64,000 nucleotides of DNA from an uncultured delta proteobacterium (GCA_963695875.1 CAVOID010000004.1:64001-128000), one strand, 5' to 3'; counted from the stretch's first letter, positions 21,513 to 32,807 are shown. The notes: generated by a model not told the origin, from the letters alone. Numbers and translations: made by a program.

Positions 21513-23200
21513 GTGGAATACCTCGTTCTGGCAAGAAAATTCAGACCGCAAACCTTTGAAGATGTTGTGGGGCAAGAGCATGTGGTGAAGACCCTGACGA
21601 ATGCCATCCATCAAGGGCGCGTTGCTCATGCATTTATCTTCAGCGGTCCCCGTGGAGTGGGGAAAACAACGGTAGCCCGGATATTGGCCAAAGCCCTGAA
21701 TTGTGAAAAAGGGCCTTCACAAACACCGTGTAACGTATGCACCAATTGCCGGGAGATTGTAGAAGGCATATCCATGGATGTCCGCGAGATTGACGGAGCA
21801 TCAAACAGAGGCATTGATGAGATAAGGGAATTGCGGGAAAATGTCAAATTTTCTCCTGTATCATCCCGCTATAAACTCTATATCATTGATGAAGTGCACA
21901 TGCTGACCAGAGAGGCATTCAATGCCCTCCTGAAGACCCTGGAGGAACCGCCGTCACATGTAATTTTTATCTTTGCCACGACGGAAATCCAAAAAATACC
22001 GGCGACCATACTTTCCCGCTGTCAGTGCTTTGAATTCAGAAGGATATCACTGAAGCAGATCAAGAACAATTTGCGGCAAATTGCCGGGACAGAGGGGGTT
22101 CATGTCAGCGAGAATGGCCTGACCTGGATTGCCGAAGCGGGAGACGGGAGTTTGAGGGATGCCCAGAGCATCTTTGACCAGGTAATATCCTATGCAGGCT
22201 TTGAAATCAAGGATCAGGATATAGAAGCGATTTTAGGGCTGACGGACAGACGTTTTCTCTTCCGGCTTTCCGAGGCGGTATTCGAAAGAAACGCAAGCCT
22301 TTGCTTAAAGATCATCGAAGAGGGTTATTACGCCGGCCTGGATATGAAATACTTCTATCAAATGCTCATCGGTCATTTCAGGAACTTACTCCTTGCCAAA
22401 ATTGTGGGAAACGATCATGACCTGCTGGATTTGGGGGAGGACGAAGTGGCCGGTTTGAATAAGCAAACGGAAGGTACTTCACGTGAGACGCTCCAGCGAC
22501 TTTTAGATATATTGATGGCAGAAGAAGAAAATGTGAGAAAAAGTCAGAATCCACGCATTAACCTTGAGACCACCCTTGTCAGAATGGCCTATCTCGAACC
22601 GATGATACCTATTGATGACCATTCTTTCCAGGATGGAAGGTCTTGAGAAAAGACTGACATCCGGGGGAATGGTCCAGTCTAAACCAACTGTATACGAGAT
22701 AAAGGAGGCAAGCCCCGTTCCTTCTCAGGAGCTCTTCAGCCTCACACAGTGCGGGAATGGTTGACGAAGTCCATAGCGGATACGATATCAGCGACGGCAA
22801 GAAGATCGGGAGATATCTGGGAGGGTTATAAGGAATTGGTAAAAAAACGGTGGTCCCCCCTGGGGTCCAAGATTGAGTCAGGAGAATTCGTCAGTTTTGA
22901 AAACAGACATCTGAAAATTGGCATCCACAAAGATTACAATTTTCTTATAGATGAGAATGACAAAAATCGTCTTACTGAGATTGCAAGGGAATACTTCGGG
23001 GAGGATGTTGCAGTAAAGATCGAACCTCTGGAATCTGATTCCGGCAACAGGCATAATCAAATAAAAAATGGCACCACAAATAACAACAGGACCAATGATA
23101 TCAAGCGAGATGCCCTCAACCATCCACTTCTGCAAAAGGTGCTGGATGTTTTGATGGTGCCGTGGTACGAGAGGTTATTACGAAAACAAATCACGAATAA
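21513..23200 (+). CDS. dnaX: DNA polymerase III subunit gamma/tau (frameshifts near 22617 and later)
   Basis: [34 protein letters not shown] and SRC motifs; C-terminal [11 protein letters not shown]. Confidence 0.93.
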
Positions 23201-23336
23201 CATTAATAACAGGATTCAAAGGTCAGGGATTAAATGGCATGCATAGAAAAAATCTCGAGCACTTGACTAGCCCTCGGCCCCTTTTTGCTATGACAAATAT
23301 GAAGAACCATTAATAATTATTACAGGAGGTAGTCCG

Positions 23337-23651
23337 TTGACACATAATTTTGGAAATATCATGAAGCAGGCAAAAAAAATTCAGGAAAAAATGGCCAGTA
23401 TGCAGGCTGAGCTGGAATCCAGGACTGTTGAAGCGACAGCCGGAGGGGGCATGGTAACCGTCGTGGTGAATGGAAAATTTGAGATCCTGTCTCTGAAAAT
23501 TGATAAAGAGGTTGTCAATCCGGAAGATGTCGATATGCTGCAGGATCTTATCATAGCGGCAGTGAATGAAGGTATTCGTAAAGCTCAGGAGATGGCCTCG
23601 GCAGAGATGGCGAAGATTACAGGTGGTTTTAATATTCCCGGTTTAATGTAG
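23337..23651 (+). CDS. ybaB: YbaB/EbfC nucleoid-associated protein
   Basis: AGGGMV.V..NG and [15 protein letters not shown]; lies between dnaX and recR. Confidence 0.93.
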   Translation: MTHNFGNIMKQAKKIQEKMASMQAELESRTVEATAGGGMVTVVVNGKFEILSLKIDKEVVNPEDVDMLQDLIIAAVNEGIRKAQEMASAEMAKITGGFNIPGLM

Positions 23652-23665
23652 CGCAGGTTTCGAAA

Positions 23666-24265
23666 ATGACAGGTTATGCCTTCCTATACAACGTCTGATT
23701 AAAGAGCTCGGGAAATTACCCGGCATCGGGGAAAAAACTGCAACAAGATTAGCCACATTTATCCTTCGTGCGTCTCGAGGAAGATGCACGAAAACTTGCC
23801 GAAGCTGTGTTAGAAGTCAAGCAAAAGATTCGCCTTTGCTCTGTATGTTTCAATCTGGCTGAGGGCAATCTCTGTGAAATATGTATGGACCCCTCACGAG
23901 ACAAAGGCCTCATATGTGTTGTCGAAGAACCTGATTCTCTCATTGCCATAGAGGAAAGCGGGAGTTTCAGGGGAACCTATCATGTGCTCCACGGAGCCCT
24001 TTCACCCCTCGACGGTATCGGACCTGATCACCTGAGATTGCAGGAATTTTTAAAAAGGATCGAGGACAATAGGGTAGAAGAAATAATCGTAGCCACAAAT
24101 CCAAGCGTACAGGGTGAAGCTACAGCCCTTCTCATTAACAAATTTGTCAAGAGTCTGGGTATCAAAGTAACCCGGATCGCCCTCGGTGTGCCTGTTGGTG
24201 GTGATCTTAAATACATGGACAAGATGACTTTGTCAAAGTCCATGGAATACCGACGGGGTATTTAA
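23666..24265 (+). CDS. recR: Recombination protein RecR (frameshift near 23775)
   Basis: [12 protein letters not shown], a C4 zinc finger, ICVVE, YHVLHG.LSP and ATNP...GEAT. Confidence 0.93.
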
Positions 24266-24390
24266 TTATTTTAAAAATTTTTAAAAAAACTTGACAGGGG
24301 AGCAATTTTGTAATAGGTAGCCGAGCATCGTTTTTAAGGTTTTTAACATCCTAAACCTTTCTACATCAATCCATTCTGGGAGATTTTCCA

Positions 24391-24936
24391 ATGATAGAAG
24401 TAAGATGGCATGGAAGAGGCGGTCAGGGAGCGGTAACATCAGTTGAATTGCTCGCATTGACTGCCATCGGAGAGGGTAAGTATGCTCAGGGTTTCCCGAG
24501 TTTCGGACCTGAGAGAAGAGGCGCACCGGTTGCGGCGTTTAATCGGATCGATGATCACCACATAAAGATCAGATCTCAGATTTACAATCCGGATGTCGTG
24601 GTTGTCCTTGATGAGAGTCTCATCGGTATGGTTAATGTTGCCGACGGACTGAAACCAGAAGGCATACTCATTGTTAACACGGCAAAAACAGCAAAGGAAA
24701 TTGCGGAAGTAACTAAATTTAAAGGGAAGATCGCTACGGTCGATGGGTCGTCTATTGCATGGAAGGAGCTTGGCGTTCCGATTACGAATACAACCATGCT
24801 TGGGGCGCTGATCAAGTGTACGAACGCGGTGAAGCTCGATTCGGTGAAGGGTCCGGTGGATCACAGGTTCGGCAGGATCGCCAACAAGAACCTGGCGGCC
24901 ATGAAAAGGGCATACGACGAAGTCAAATTTAACTAA
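24391..24936 (+). CDS. porC: Pyruvate/2-oxoacid:ferredoxin oxidoreductase gamma subunit
   Basis: EVRWHGRGGQGAVT and FGPERRGAPV motifs. Confidence 0.92.
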   Translation: MIEVRWHGRGGQGAVTSVELLALTAIGEGKYAQGFPSFGPERRGAPVAAFNRIDDHHIKIRSQIYNPDVVVVLDESLIGMVNVADGLKPEGILIVNTAKTAKEIAEVTKFKGKIATVDGSSIAWKELGVPITNTTMLGALIKCTNAVKLDSVKGPVDHRFGRIANKNLAAMKRAYDEVKFN

Positions 24937-24962
24937 GAAGTGAATGAGTATTGAGGTATCAT

Positions 24963-25250
24963 ATGACAGAGAAGAAGTGGCCAGAAAGCTGGCAAGATTG
25001 TAATCCGGGGTTAATGATATTGAAACCTGGAAGTTCAAGGTCATATTTGACCGGGGGCTGGAGGGCCCAAAAACCCATCTGGGATAATACGAAATGCATC
25101 AAGTGCGGTGTCTGCTATTTGTTCTGTCCTGAAGCGTGCATTACGGAAGATGCTGAGGGATTCTTTACGGCGGATCTTAATTACTGCAAAGGTTGCGGCA
25201 TTTGCTACCACGAGTGCTGGCCCCGTGCCATAAAGATGGTAGAGGACTGA
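24963..25250 (+). CDS. porD: Pyruvate/2-oxoacid:ferredoxin oxidoreductase delta subunit (2x[4Fe-4S])
   Basis: TGGWR, CIKCGVCYLFCP and YCKGCGICYHEC motifs. Confidence 0.92.
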   Translation: MTEKKWPESWQDCNPGLMILKPGSSRSYLTGGWRAQKPIWDNTKCIKCGVCYLFCPEACITEDAEGFFTADLNYCKGCGICYHECWPRAIKMVED

Positions 25251-25263
25251 GGAGGGATAGGTA

Positions 25264-26431
25264 ATGTCGAAAAGAATTGGAATGGAAATTGCTATGGCCG
25301 CGGCAGAAGCGGTCGCTATGTGCAGACCCGATGTCATTGCTGCTTATCCCATCACGCCTAATACGCATATCCCTGAACACCTTGCTGAAATTGTTGCAGA
25401 CGGGCATCTTGATTGTGAATTTATAACCGTGGAATCCGAGCACTCGGCGCTGAGCGCCTGTACCGGTGCATCGGCGGCGGGGGCCCGCGTATTTACAGCG
25501 ACAAGCTCACAGGGACTGCTGTATATGTATGAAATCGTTCCGGTCGTTCCGTCCATGAGACTTCCGGTAATTATGTGTCTTGGCAACAGGGCCATATCGG
25601 GTCCTATCAACATCTGGAACGATCACAGTGACGTCATGACAGTGAGGGATCTGGGTTGGATTAATCTGTTCGCATCGAACGGACAGGAAACCATCGATAT
25701 GTGCATCCAGGCCTTCAAGATCGGTGAGCATGCGGATGTCATGCTGCCGGTCCTCGTAAATCTGGATGGTTTCCAGCTTGACCCATGTGGTGGAGGCGAT
25801 GATGATGCCGGATCAGGAGGAAGTGGACAAGTTCCTCCCGCCGCGCAAACCCTATGCGGCCTTGCATCCGGATAATGTCGTTTCCATGGGAACCCTGGGG
25901 CTCCCGGATATATATAACGAGGCGAAAAAAGCCAATGATGAGGCGCTCATCAATTCAAAGAAGGTCATCCTTGAAATATGGAAAGAATGGGAGGCGATGT
26001 TCGGCCGGAAATATGAACCCATCATGTCCTATAAGGCAAATGATGCCGATGTGCTCATGCTGACAATGGGCTCCATGGGTGAGACGGCGCAGGTCGCCAT
26101 TGATGAGTTGCGCAAGGAGGGTCTCAAGGCAGGGCTGTTAGACCTGAAGCTTTGGAGGCCATTCCCTGCTGATGAATTGAAAAAGGCAGTGAAAGGAGCC
26201 AAGAACCTGATTGTTATTGACCGGGCGGTTATGTCCGGCGGTGCTGCTGCTCCTCTCTGTGCCGAGGTGAAATCCGTCCTGTATGATGAGCCGGTTCGTC
26301 CCGTGATTACGAATGAAATCATCGGCCTCGGCGGTCGTGACGTGAAGGTTGAAGACTTTAAAAATATCTTCAAGAAGGCAGCCAAGGGTAAACCCGAAAG
26401 AGCATATGAAATTTATGGAGTGAGGGGATAA
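25264..26431 (+). CDS. porA: Pyruvate/2-oxoacid:ferredoxin oxidoreductase alpha subunit (frameshift near 25775)
   Basis: [21 protein letters not shown] and RPFP motifs. Confidence 0.9.
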
Positions 26432-26433
26432 TC

Positions 26434-27403
26434 ATGAAGAGTATTGTAGAAAATTTTGATTTGTTTGCCCCAAAGCTGGTTGATAAAGAGGAGTATTACA
26501 GTTCAGGACATCGTGCCTGCCAGGGGTGCGGTGAGGCTCTGGCTATACGCCTGATGGCCAAGGCTTTGGGTAAGGATACGGTAGTGACCAATGCTACGGG
26601 ATGTATGGAGGTTACTGCAACCCCCTATCCGACGACGGCATGGAAGCTCCCATGGGTGCATGTGGCGTTTCCGAATTCCGCGTCAGTGGGAGCGGGCGTT
26701 GAGTCTGCCTTGAAAGTTCTCCGGAGAAAGGGCAAGATTGCGGACAGGGATATCAAGGTGGTTTCGATCGGAGGCGACGGAGGGTCCTTTGACATCGGTT
26801 TCCAGGCCATTTCAGGAGCCATGGAGCGTGGTCACAACATGATCTATATCGTCTATGACAATGAAGCTTACATGAATACGGGTATTCAGCGGTCCGGTGG
26901 TACACCTTATGGGGCTTCGACAACGACAGCTCCCGCCGGAAAGGCCAGTGTCGGGAACACGACATGGAAGAAAAATATGGCCGAAATCATGGTCGCTCAC
27001 AGAGTACCCTATGTTGCAACAGCAACCCATAGCTATCCTATAGATTTTATGAACAAGGTCAAAAAAGCAAGGAAGGTGAACGGCCCTGCCTTTATTCACT
27101 GTCTTGCCGTATGCCCGACGGGATGGCGAACATCGTTCGGATACATGCATCAAGATGGCCCGTCTCGCTGTGGAAACGGGTGTATTCCCGCTCTATGAGG
27201 TAGAAAACGGGAAATACAAGTTCTCGCCGGATAATCCCAAGAAGCTGAGACCCATAGAGGATTACCTGAAGCCACAGGGACGGTTCAGACATCTTACGCC
27301 GGATCAGATTAGTATTTTTAAAGAAATGGCGATGATTGAGTACAATAAAGTGCTGGAAAGAGTGAAGCATTGCAACAAATCCTGGTCTGAATTGAAAAGC
27401 TAA
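26434..27403 (+). CDS. porB: Pyruvate/2-oxoacid:ferredoxin oxidoreductase beta subunit (frameshift near 27135)
   Basis: [32 protein letters not shown] and [11 protein letters not shown] motifs. Confidence 0.9.
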
Positions 27404-27436
27404 AGTGTTAATTAAACGGGATAAGGTGATTGAAGT

Positions 27437-27904
27437 ATGAAGACAGCAGAAGACCAAAAAGAAATCGGTTAAAGACATCATAAAGAAATATGGTGGCGAT
27501 AAGACGTGCAATGATAGCAATCCTTCAGGATGTCCAGGAAGAATACAGATATTTACCAAAGGAAAGCTCTATCCTCTATAAGTAAACAGATGGATGTGCC
27601 CCTCACCAGGATTTATGAGATTGCGACGTTTTACAACGCTTTCAGCCTTAAGCCACGGGGCAAGAACCTGATCGAGGTATGTGCCGGTACGGCATGCCAT
27701 GTTCAGGGTGCAGCCAGGCTGATGGACAGAATGGAGAGAGATTTGGCAATTAAGTGCGGCGAAACAACGAAGGACAAAATGTTTTCCCTTGAAGAGGTCA
27801 GATGTCTCGGATGTTGCAGTCTGGCCCCTGTCGTGCGGATAAGCGGTAATATTCATCCTAACTTAACTCAGGACGAGATTCCGAAGATTTTGAAGAATTA
27901 TTAA
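27437..27904 (+). CDS. NuoE/HydC-like [2Fe-2S] subunit (BfuC-type; frameshifted)
   Basis: IAILQDVQEEYRYLP, ATFY..F, C.GTACHV.G and CLGCC..APV motifs. Confidence 0.88.
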
Positions 27905-27920
27905 TAATAGGGGTGGTAAA

Positions 27921-29837
27921 GTGAGTAAGATCAATACGCTTGAAGATTTAAACAAGGCAGCGAAGAGAGGTCTGGAGTCGATCATCCCGTCCAAGACAAA
28001 AGTTATGGTAGGGATGGCGACAAGTGGGATTGCGTCGGGGGCGCAGGAGGTTTACAATGCCCTGGCGGAAGAAATAAAGAAACGGAAGCTGGATATGATC
28101 CTGAGTAAAACGGGAGCCATGGGGATGGATTGCATAGAGCCCCTGGTGGATGTCCTGCAGCCGAACAAACCGCGCTTAGCATACAGCAAAGTGACAGCCA
28201 AGAAGGTACCGGAAATTATCGATCAGATCGTGAAAGGTGCTGTGAATGGCAATAAACCTGCTTACAGAATGGATGAAGAAGAATTCATCTGTCTGGGTGA
28301 AAAGAAACCATATTTTAAAGGTTCCGTATCCAAAGATTTGGAAGGTATTCCAAAGATCGGTGATGTGAGCTTCTATAAGAAACAGTTGAAGCTGGCAACA
28401 AGAAACTGCGGAATGATCAATTTTGAGAGCATCGATGAATACATCGCGAAAGGCGGTTATTTCAGCCTTTTTAAGGCTCTCACGAAGATGAAACCGGATG
28501 AGATCATTGAAGAGATCATTGCTTCAGGTTTAAGGGGCCGTGGAGGTGGAGGATTCCCGGCGGGTATTAAATGGCAGACATGCAGGCGCGCCCATGGAGA
28601 TATTAAGTACGTCATCTGCAACGGAGACGAAGGCGACCCCGGTGCGTACATGGATAGAAGCGTTATGGAAGGCGATCCCCACAGCGTGATCGAAGGAATG
28701 ATCATTGGCGCCTATGCCATCGGTTCCAGTCAGGGATTTATTTATGTCAGAAATGAATATCCCCTGGCCGTGAGCGAATCTGCAGAGAGCACTGGATCAG
28801 GCAAGGGAATATGGGCTCCTCGGGAAAAATATTCTCAATACAGGATTTGACTTCGATTTAAGAATCGGCAAGGGTGCCGGCGCCTTTGTTTGCGGCGAAT
28901 CAACGGCGTCTGATGACTTCTCTGGAAGGCAAAGCCGGAGAGCCGAGAGCAAAATATATCCATACCGTAGAACATGGTCTATGGGATAGGCCCTCCAATC
29001 TGAATAATGTTGAAACCTGGGCGAATGTACCGGCGATTATCAGCAGGGGAGCCAAGTGGTTCTCCAGTATCGGCTGTAAGAATAATTCCGGAACAAAGGT
29101 CTTTTGCCTCGTCGGGAAGATAAACAATATCGGAATGGTTGAGGTACCAATGGGGATACCGCTGAAAGAAATTATTTATGAAATCGGCGGCGGAATTCCT
29201 GGCGGCAAGAAATATAAAGCAGTGCAGACAGGTGGTCCATCAGGTGGATGCTTACCCGACAAGCTGATAGATATTTCAGTTGATTTTGATTCTTTGTGGA
29301 ATGCAGGTTCCATGATGGGTTCCGGCGGTATGATTGTCATGGATGAAACAACCTGTATGGTTGATATCGCACGATATTTCATTGATTTCCTTGAATTTGA
29401 ATCATGCGGAAAATGTACTCCCTGCCGGGAAGGTGTGTACAGGATGAATGAAATCCTGCATGATATCTGCGACGGAAAGGGAAAAGAGGGTGATGTTGAA
29501 CTTCTGGAGTCCATGTCCCAGGGGATCGTCGATGGAGCTTTGTGCGCCCTAGGCAGCACGGCTGCGAACCCGGTCTTGAGTACCCTCAAGTATTTCCGTG
29601 ATGAGTATGTCGCTCATGTTCGGGACAAGAAATGTCCTGCCGGTGTATGCAAGGCTCTGATCCGTTTCAGCATTAGCGATGAGAAATGTACAGGATGCGG
29701 CGTTTGTCTTAAGAAGTGTCCTACTGAGTGCATAAGCGGTGAAAAGAAAAAGACACACGTGATTGATCAAACATAAGTGTATCAAATGCGGTGTCTGTAA
29801 AGAGAGCTGTAAATTTGACGCAATAATCGTAGAATGA
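27921..29837 (+). CDS. NuoF/HydB-like FMN/NAD-binding subunit (BfuB-type; frameshifted)
   Basis: [42 protein letters not shown] and [12 protein letters not shown]; two C-terminal ferredoxin motifs. Confidence 0.9.
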
Positions 29838-30564
29838 AGGTAGGGGAAATGGTAAGCTTTATCATAGATGGTAAGAAGGTTGAGGCTGAGGAAGGTGCAA
29901 CCGTACTGCAGGTTGCTCGTAAAAATGGCATAACGATTCCAACCCTGTGCTGTCATGAGTCAGTTGCTCCATCAGGAGCATGCCGCCTCTGTGTGGTTGA
30001 AGTCAAGAAAGGCAAAAGAACGAGAATCGTGACTTCATGCCTGTACCCTGTTGATGAAGGAATCGTTGTTGAAACGAAAAGCTGACAGGGTTATGAATGT
30101 CCGCCGTCTCGTTATGCAGCTTCTCATGGCAAGGTGTCCTGAGTCCGATGTGCTTAAGGATATGGCTAAAGAGATGGGCATTGAACCACAACCTGCCTTT
30201 CATCCTGACACAGACAAAGGGAAGTGCGTCCTGTGCAGACTATGTGTTAAAGCCTGTGAAGATGTCGTGGGTGCAAGCGCAATTGGTTTGTCCGGCAGAG
30301 GCAAGAACAAAAAAGTAGGTCCCCCGTTCGTGGAGGATTCAAAGACATGTATCGGATGTGGCGCGTGTGCGTATATCTGCCCGACGGAACACATCATTAT
30401 GGAATCAACGGACAGCAAAAGGAAGATCTGGGGACGTACATTTCAAGATGCAGGCTTGCGATAAATGCGGCAGGTATTTTGCCCCGGTTGACCAGTTGAA
30501 GTTCATCAGCGAAAAGACAGGTACGCCGCTGACTGAACTTGCGGTCTGCATGAGCTGTAAATAG
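29834..30564 (+). CDS. NuoG-N/HydA-N-like Fe-S subunit without catalytic domain (BfuA-type; frameshifted)
   Basis: IPTLC...GACRLC.VE...TSC, CVLCRLCVKAC, CIGCGACAYICP, and C-terminal CDKC...CMSC; about 240 aa in total. Confidence 0.85.
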
Positions 30565-30683
30565 TATACGAGCCTCAGAAAGGTTTGTATCGGATCGAGT
30601 TGGTGTATAGTCGTGCCCTGAGATGATAGTATGGGCCATAAACTAGCCTTTAAGACGTACTGTCTGACTATATAGATGAATAG

Positions 30684-30718
30684 AGACCCCGGTGATATTG
30701 TTCGCCGGGGTCTTTTTT
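30684..30718 (+). terminator. Intrinsic terminator closing the por-nuoEFG-like operon
   Basis: AGACCCCGGTGA-loop-TCGCCGGGGTCT followed by a T-run. Confidence 0.85.
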
Positions 30719-30847
30719 ATTGGCGTCTGTGACTTACTGCGACCATTTATAATTGACACACATCCTCTTTTTCCCTATATTATTTCATAATCAGGGCGAA
30801 TTACTGTCAAATATTGACATCCAACGGCTTGAGAGGGGGCATTGTAC

Positions 30848-31495
30848 ATGACGAAGAGAGTGGACAGGATAACCATCGATATGAATGCGGCCCGCTTGCA
30901 GGAAGATCTGGAGAGATATAAGGCAAAGGTTTTGGAGCTAGGAGCCAGCCGTGCCGCAATCGTAAGAGTTCACGAGATTCCTGTCGATGAAAGAATCGTT
31001 TTGAAATGCCAGATTCCTCGGTGCTTCGGATACGGCACAAGCGCCCATTGCCCGCCCAATACAATGAAGCCGGCAGAGCTCCGTGACTTACTGAAGGGAT
31101 ACCAGTGGGCAGTTTTCTTCACATCAGATGTTCCGCCGGAGGTGATCGTCAGAGACAGGGCCACGATCAGGGAAAGAGAGGCCGCATATCGGAAAATCTT
31201 TAATGTCGTTAACGAGATCGAATCCATGGCCTTTTACGACGGCCACTATCTGGCCTTTGGCTTTGCCGCCGGCTCCTGCCGTCACACCTTCTGCAGCGGA
31301 CAGGAAAATTGTCAGGCCATGGAAGGGAAGAGATGCAGAATTGCTCTCCGTTCCCGACCTTCTATGGAAGCTGTAGGCATTGATGTTTATAAAATGGCTG
31401 CTGCATTGGGGTGGGACATCTACCCTATCGGCAGCGACGCCAAGCCGGAAGACATCCCCAAAGGTACCCTGGCAGGGATCATCATTATACAATAA
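30848..31495 (+). CDS. DUF2284-type predicted metal-binding protein (second copy)
   Basis: KCQIPRC.GY....CPP, GSC...FC....C and RPSMEAVGIDV motifs. Confidence 0.85.
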   Translation: MTKRVDRITIDMNAARLQEDLERYKAKVLELGASRAAIVRVHEIPVDERIVLKCQIPRCFGYGTSAHCPPNTMKPAELRDLLKGYQWAVFFTSDVPPEVIVRDRATIREREAAYRKIFNVVNEIESMAFYDGHYLAFGFAAGSCRHTFCSGQENCQAMEGKRCRIALRSRPSMEAVGIDVYKMAAALGWDIYPIGSDAKPEDIPKGTLAGIIIIQ

Positions 31496-31847
31496 TCCAT
31501 TTCCTGATGTTTCAAACTCATGTTGCACAGTATATACAATTGCTATCTTTAGCGCCTGTAAAAAAATACATGCACAAAGCAAACAGTATCTTGAGGCATG
31601 CCGGGTTCTGACTTTCCCCGAGATTGAACAGCCTCTTGAGGTTTTCTCTATTCTCTATCGATAAACCATGCCGTAAGCAGATCACGATACTTCGCAAAAC
31701 TATACTCTCTCAATAAATCAAAACTATTAATTCAATTCTCAATAATCAGGGTGGAATCGGATGATTACTACATCTCTGGTTAGTATGGTTATGCAAGTCA
31801 GGAATTCAGTTTTCCAATGAAAAATTTATTCTTCGGAAGAAAATATA

Positions 31848-31895
31848 TGACAATATATAGTATTTATGCTTGACATTAACCACTATATATTGTAT
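31848..31895 (+). promoter_or_regulatory. Tandem NrdR-like boxes flanking a TTGACA -35 element
   Basis: tgaCAATATATAGtat (31848-31863) and ccaCTATATATTGtat (31880-31895), 32 bp apart; TTGACA at 31870. Confidence 0.7.
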
Positions 31896-32027
31896 TAGCT
31901 CCTCCAAATACTTCTTGATCGGATCAAATCCTATTAAACGGGATGTGCAATCAGAAAATTTGTATAAATTTGCAGTTAACTGGAGTTAGGCACACAATAA
32001 TTTGTAGGTCTGAAAAAGAGAAGACTA

Positions 32028-32807
32028 TTGGATAGAAGGAGCTTTCTATTAAAGGGTGCCTCTCTGCTGGGAGGTTATCTTTTAGGTCTTAGCGGTTTCT
32101 CACAAGTCCTTGCCTTCGAGAAACAGACCACCAACTATTCCCTGAACCCGTCCATTGCCCTGATTATCGATGATATCGGGGGCAGCTTATCCCGAGCCAG
32201 ACATTTTTTGAAAGTGAACATTCCCATTACCTTTTCAATTCTGCCCCGCCTGAAATATTCTGATATACTGGCGACAGAAATTAATCATTATGGCCACGAG
32301 ATCATGCTTCACCAGCCTATGGAGCCTTATGATCAGAGAATTGATCCAGGACCCGGGGCCCTTTATACGGGAGACGATCCAAATAAAATCACCGAAATCA
32401 TTGAAGAGAATATTTCCGGATTGCCGCTTGCGACGGGAATCAATAATCATATGGGCTCAAGGTTTACAGAATCACATGAAGAGATGACAGAAACTCTCAG
32501 GATCGTTAAAAACAGCGGCCTCTTTTTTGTCGACAGCCGAACTTCACTACATTCACAGGCTTATAAGATTGCCAGAACAATGCATATGCCTGCAGCATAC
32601 CGGCATATTTTTCTGGATAATGTTCCTTTCGAACCAGCTATCCTTTTACAACTCCGCAAATTAAAGCAATGTGCCCTGCATCACGGAACAGCCATCGGTA
32701 TCGGCCATCCTTTTCCCCAAACAGCAAATGCCCTCAGTTTCTTCGCGGAGGAACTAAAAAATACAGAGGTATCATTTGTTCATATTTCAAAGGTGCTGAA
32801 AAGCTGA
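32028..32807 (+). CDS. Divergent polysaccharide deacetylase family protein with Tat-like signal
   Basis: IALIIDDIG, HEIMLHQPMEP, GINNHMGS, FVDSRT and AIGIGHP motifs; N-terminal DRRSFL. Confidence 0.9.
   Translation: MDRRSFLLKGASLLGGYLLGLSGFSQVLAFEKQTTNYSLNPSIALIIDDIGGSLSRARHFLKVNIPITFSILPRLKYSDILATEINHYGHEIMLHQPMEPYDQRIDPGPGALYTGDDPNKITEIIEENISGLPLATGINNHMGSRFTESHEEMTETLRIVKNSGLFFVDSRTSLHSQAYKIARTMHMPAAYRHIFLDNVPFEPAILLQLRKLKQCALHHGTAIGIGHPFPQTANALSFFAEELKNTEVSFVHISKVLKS

Noticed and set aside
22600..22760. Programmed frameshift in dnaX producing gamma/tau
   Set aside because: No A-AAA-AAG or long A-run slippery site at the break (GATGACCATTCTT), and similar indels occur throughout the window.
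27437..30564. Respiratory complex I or [FeFe]-hydrogenase
   Set aside because: No membrane or other nuo genes are adjacent, and the third subunit has no H-cluster motifs.
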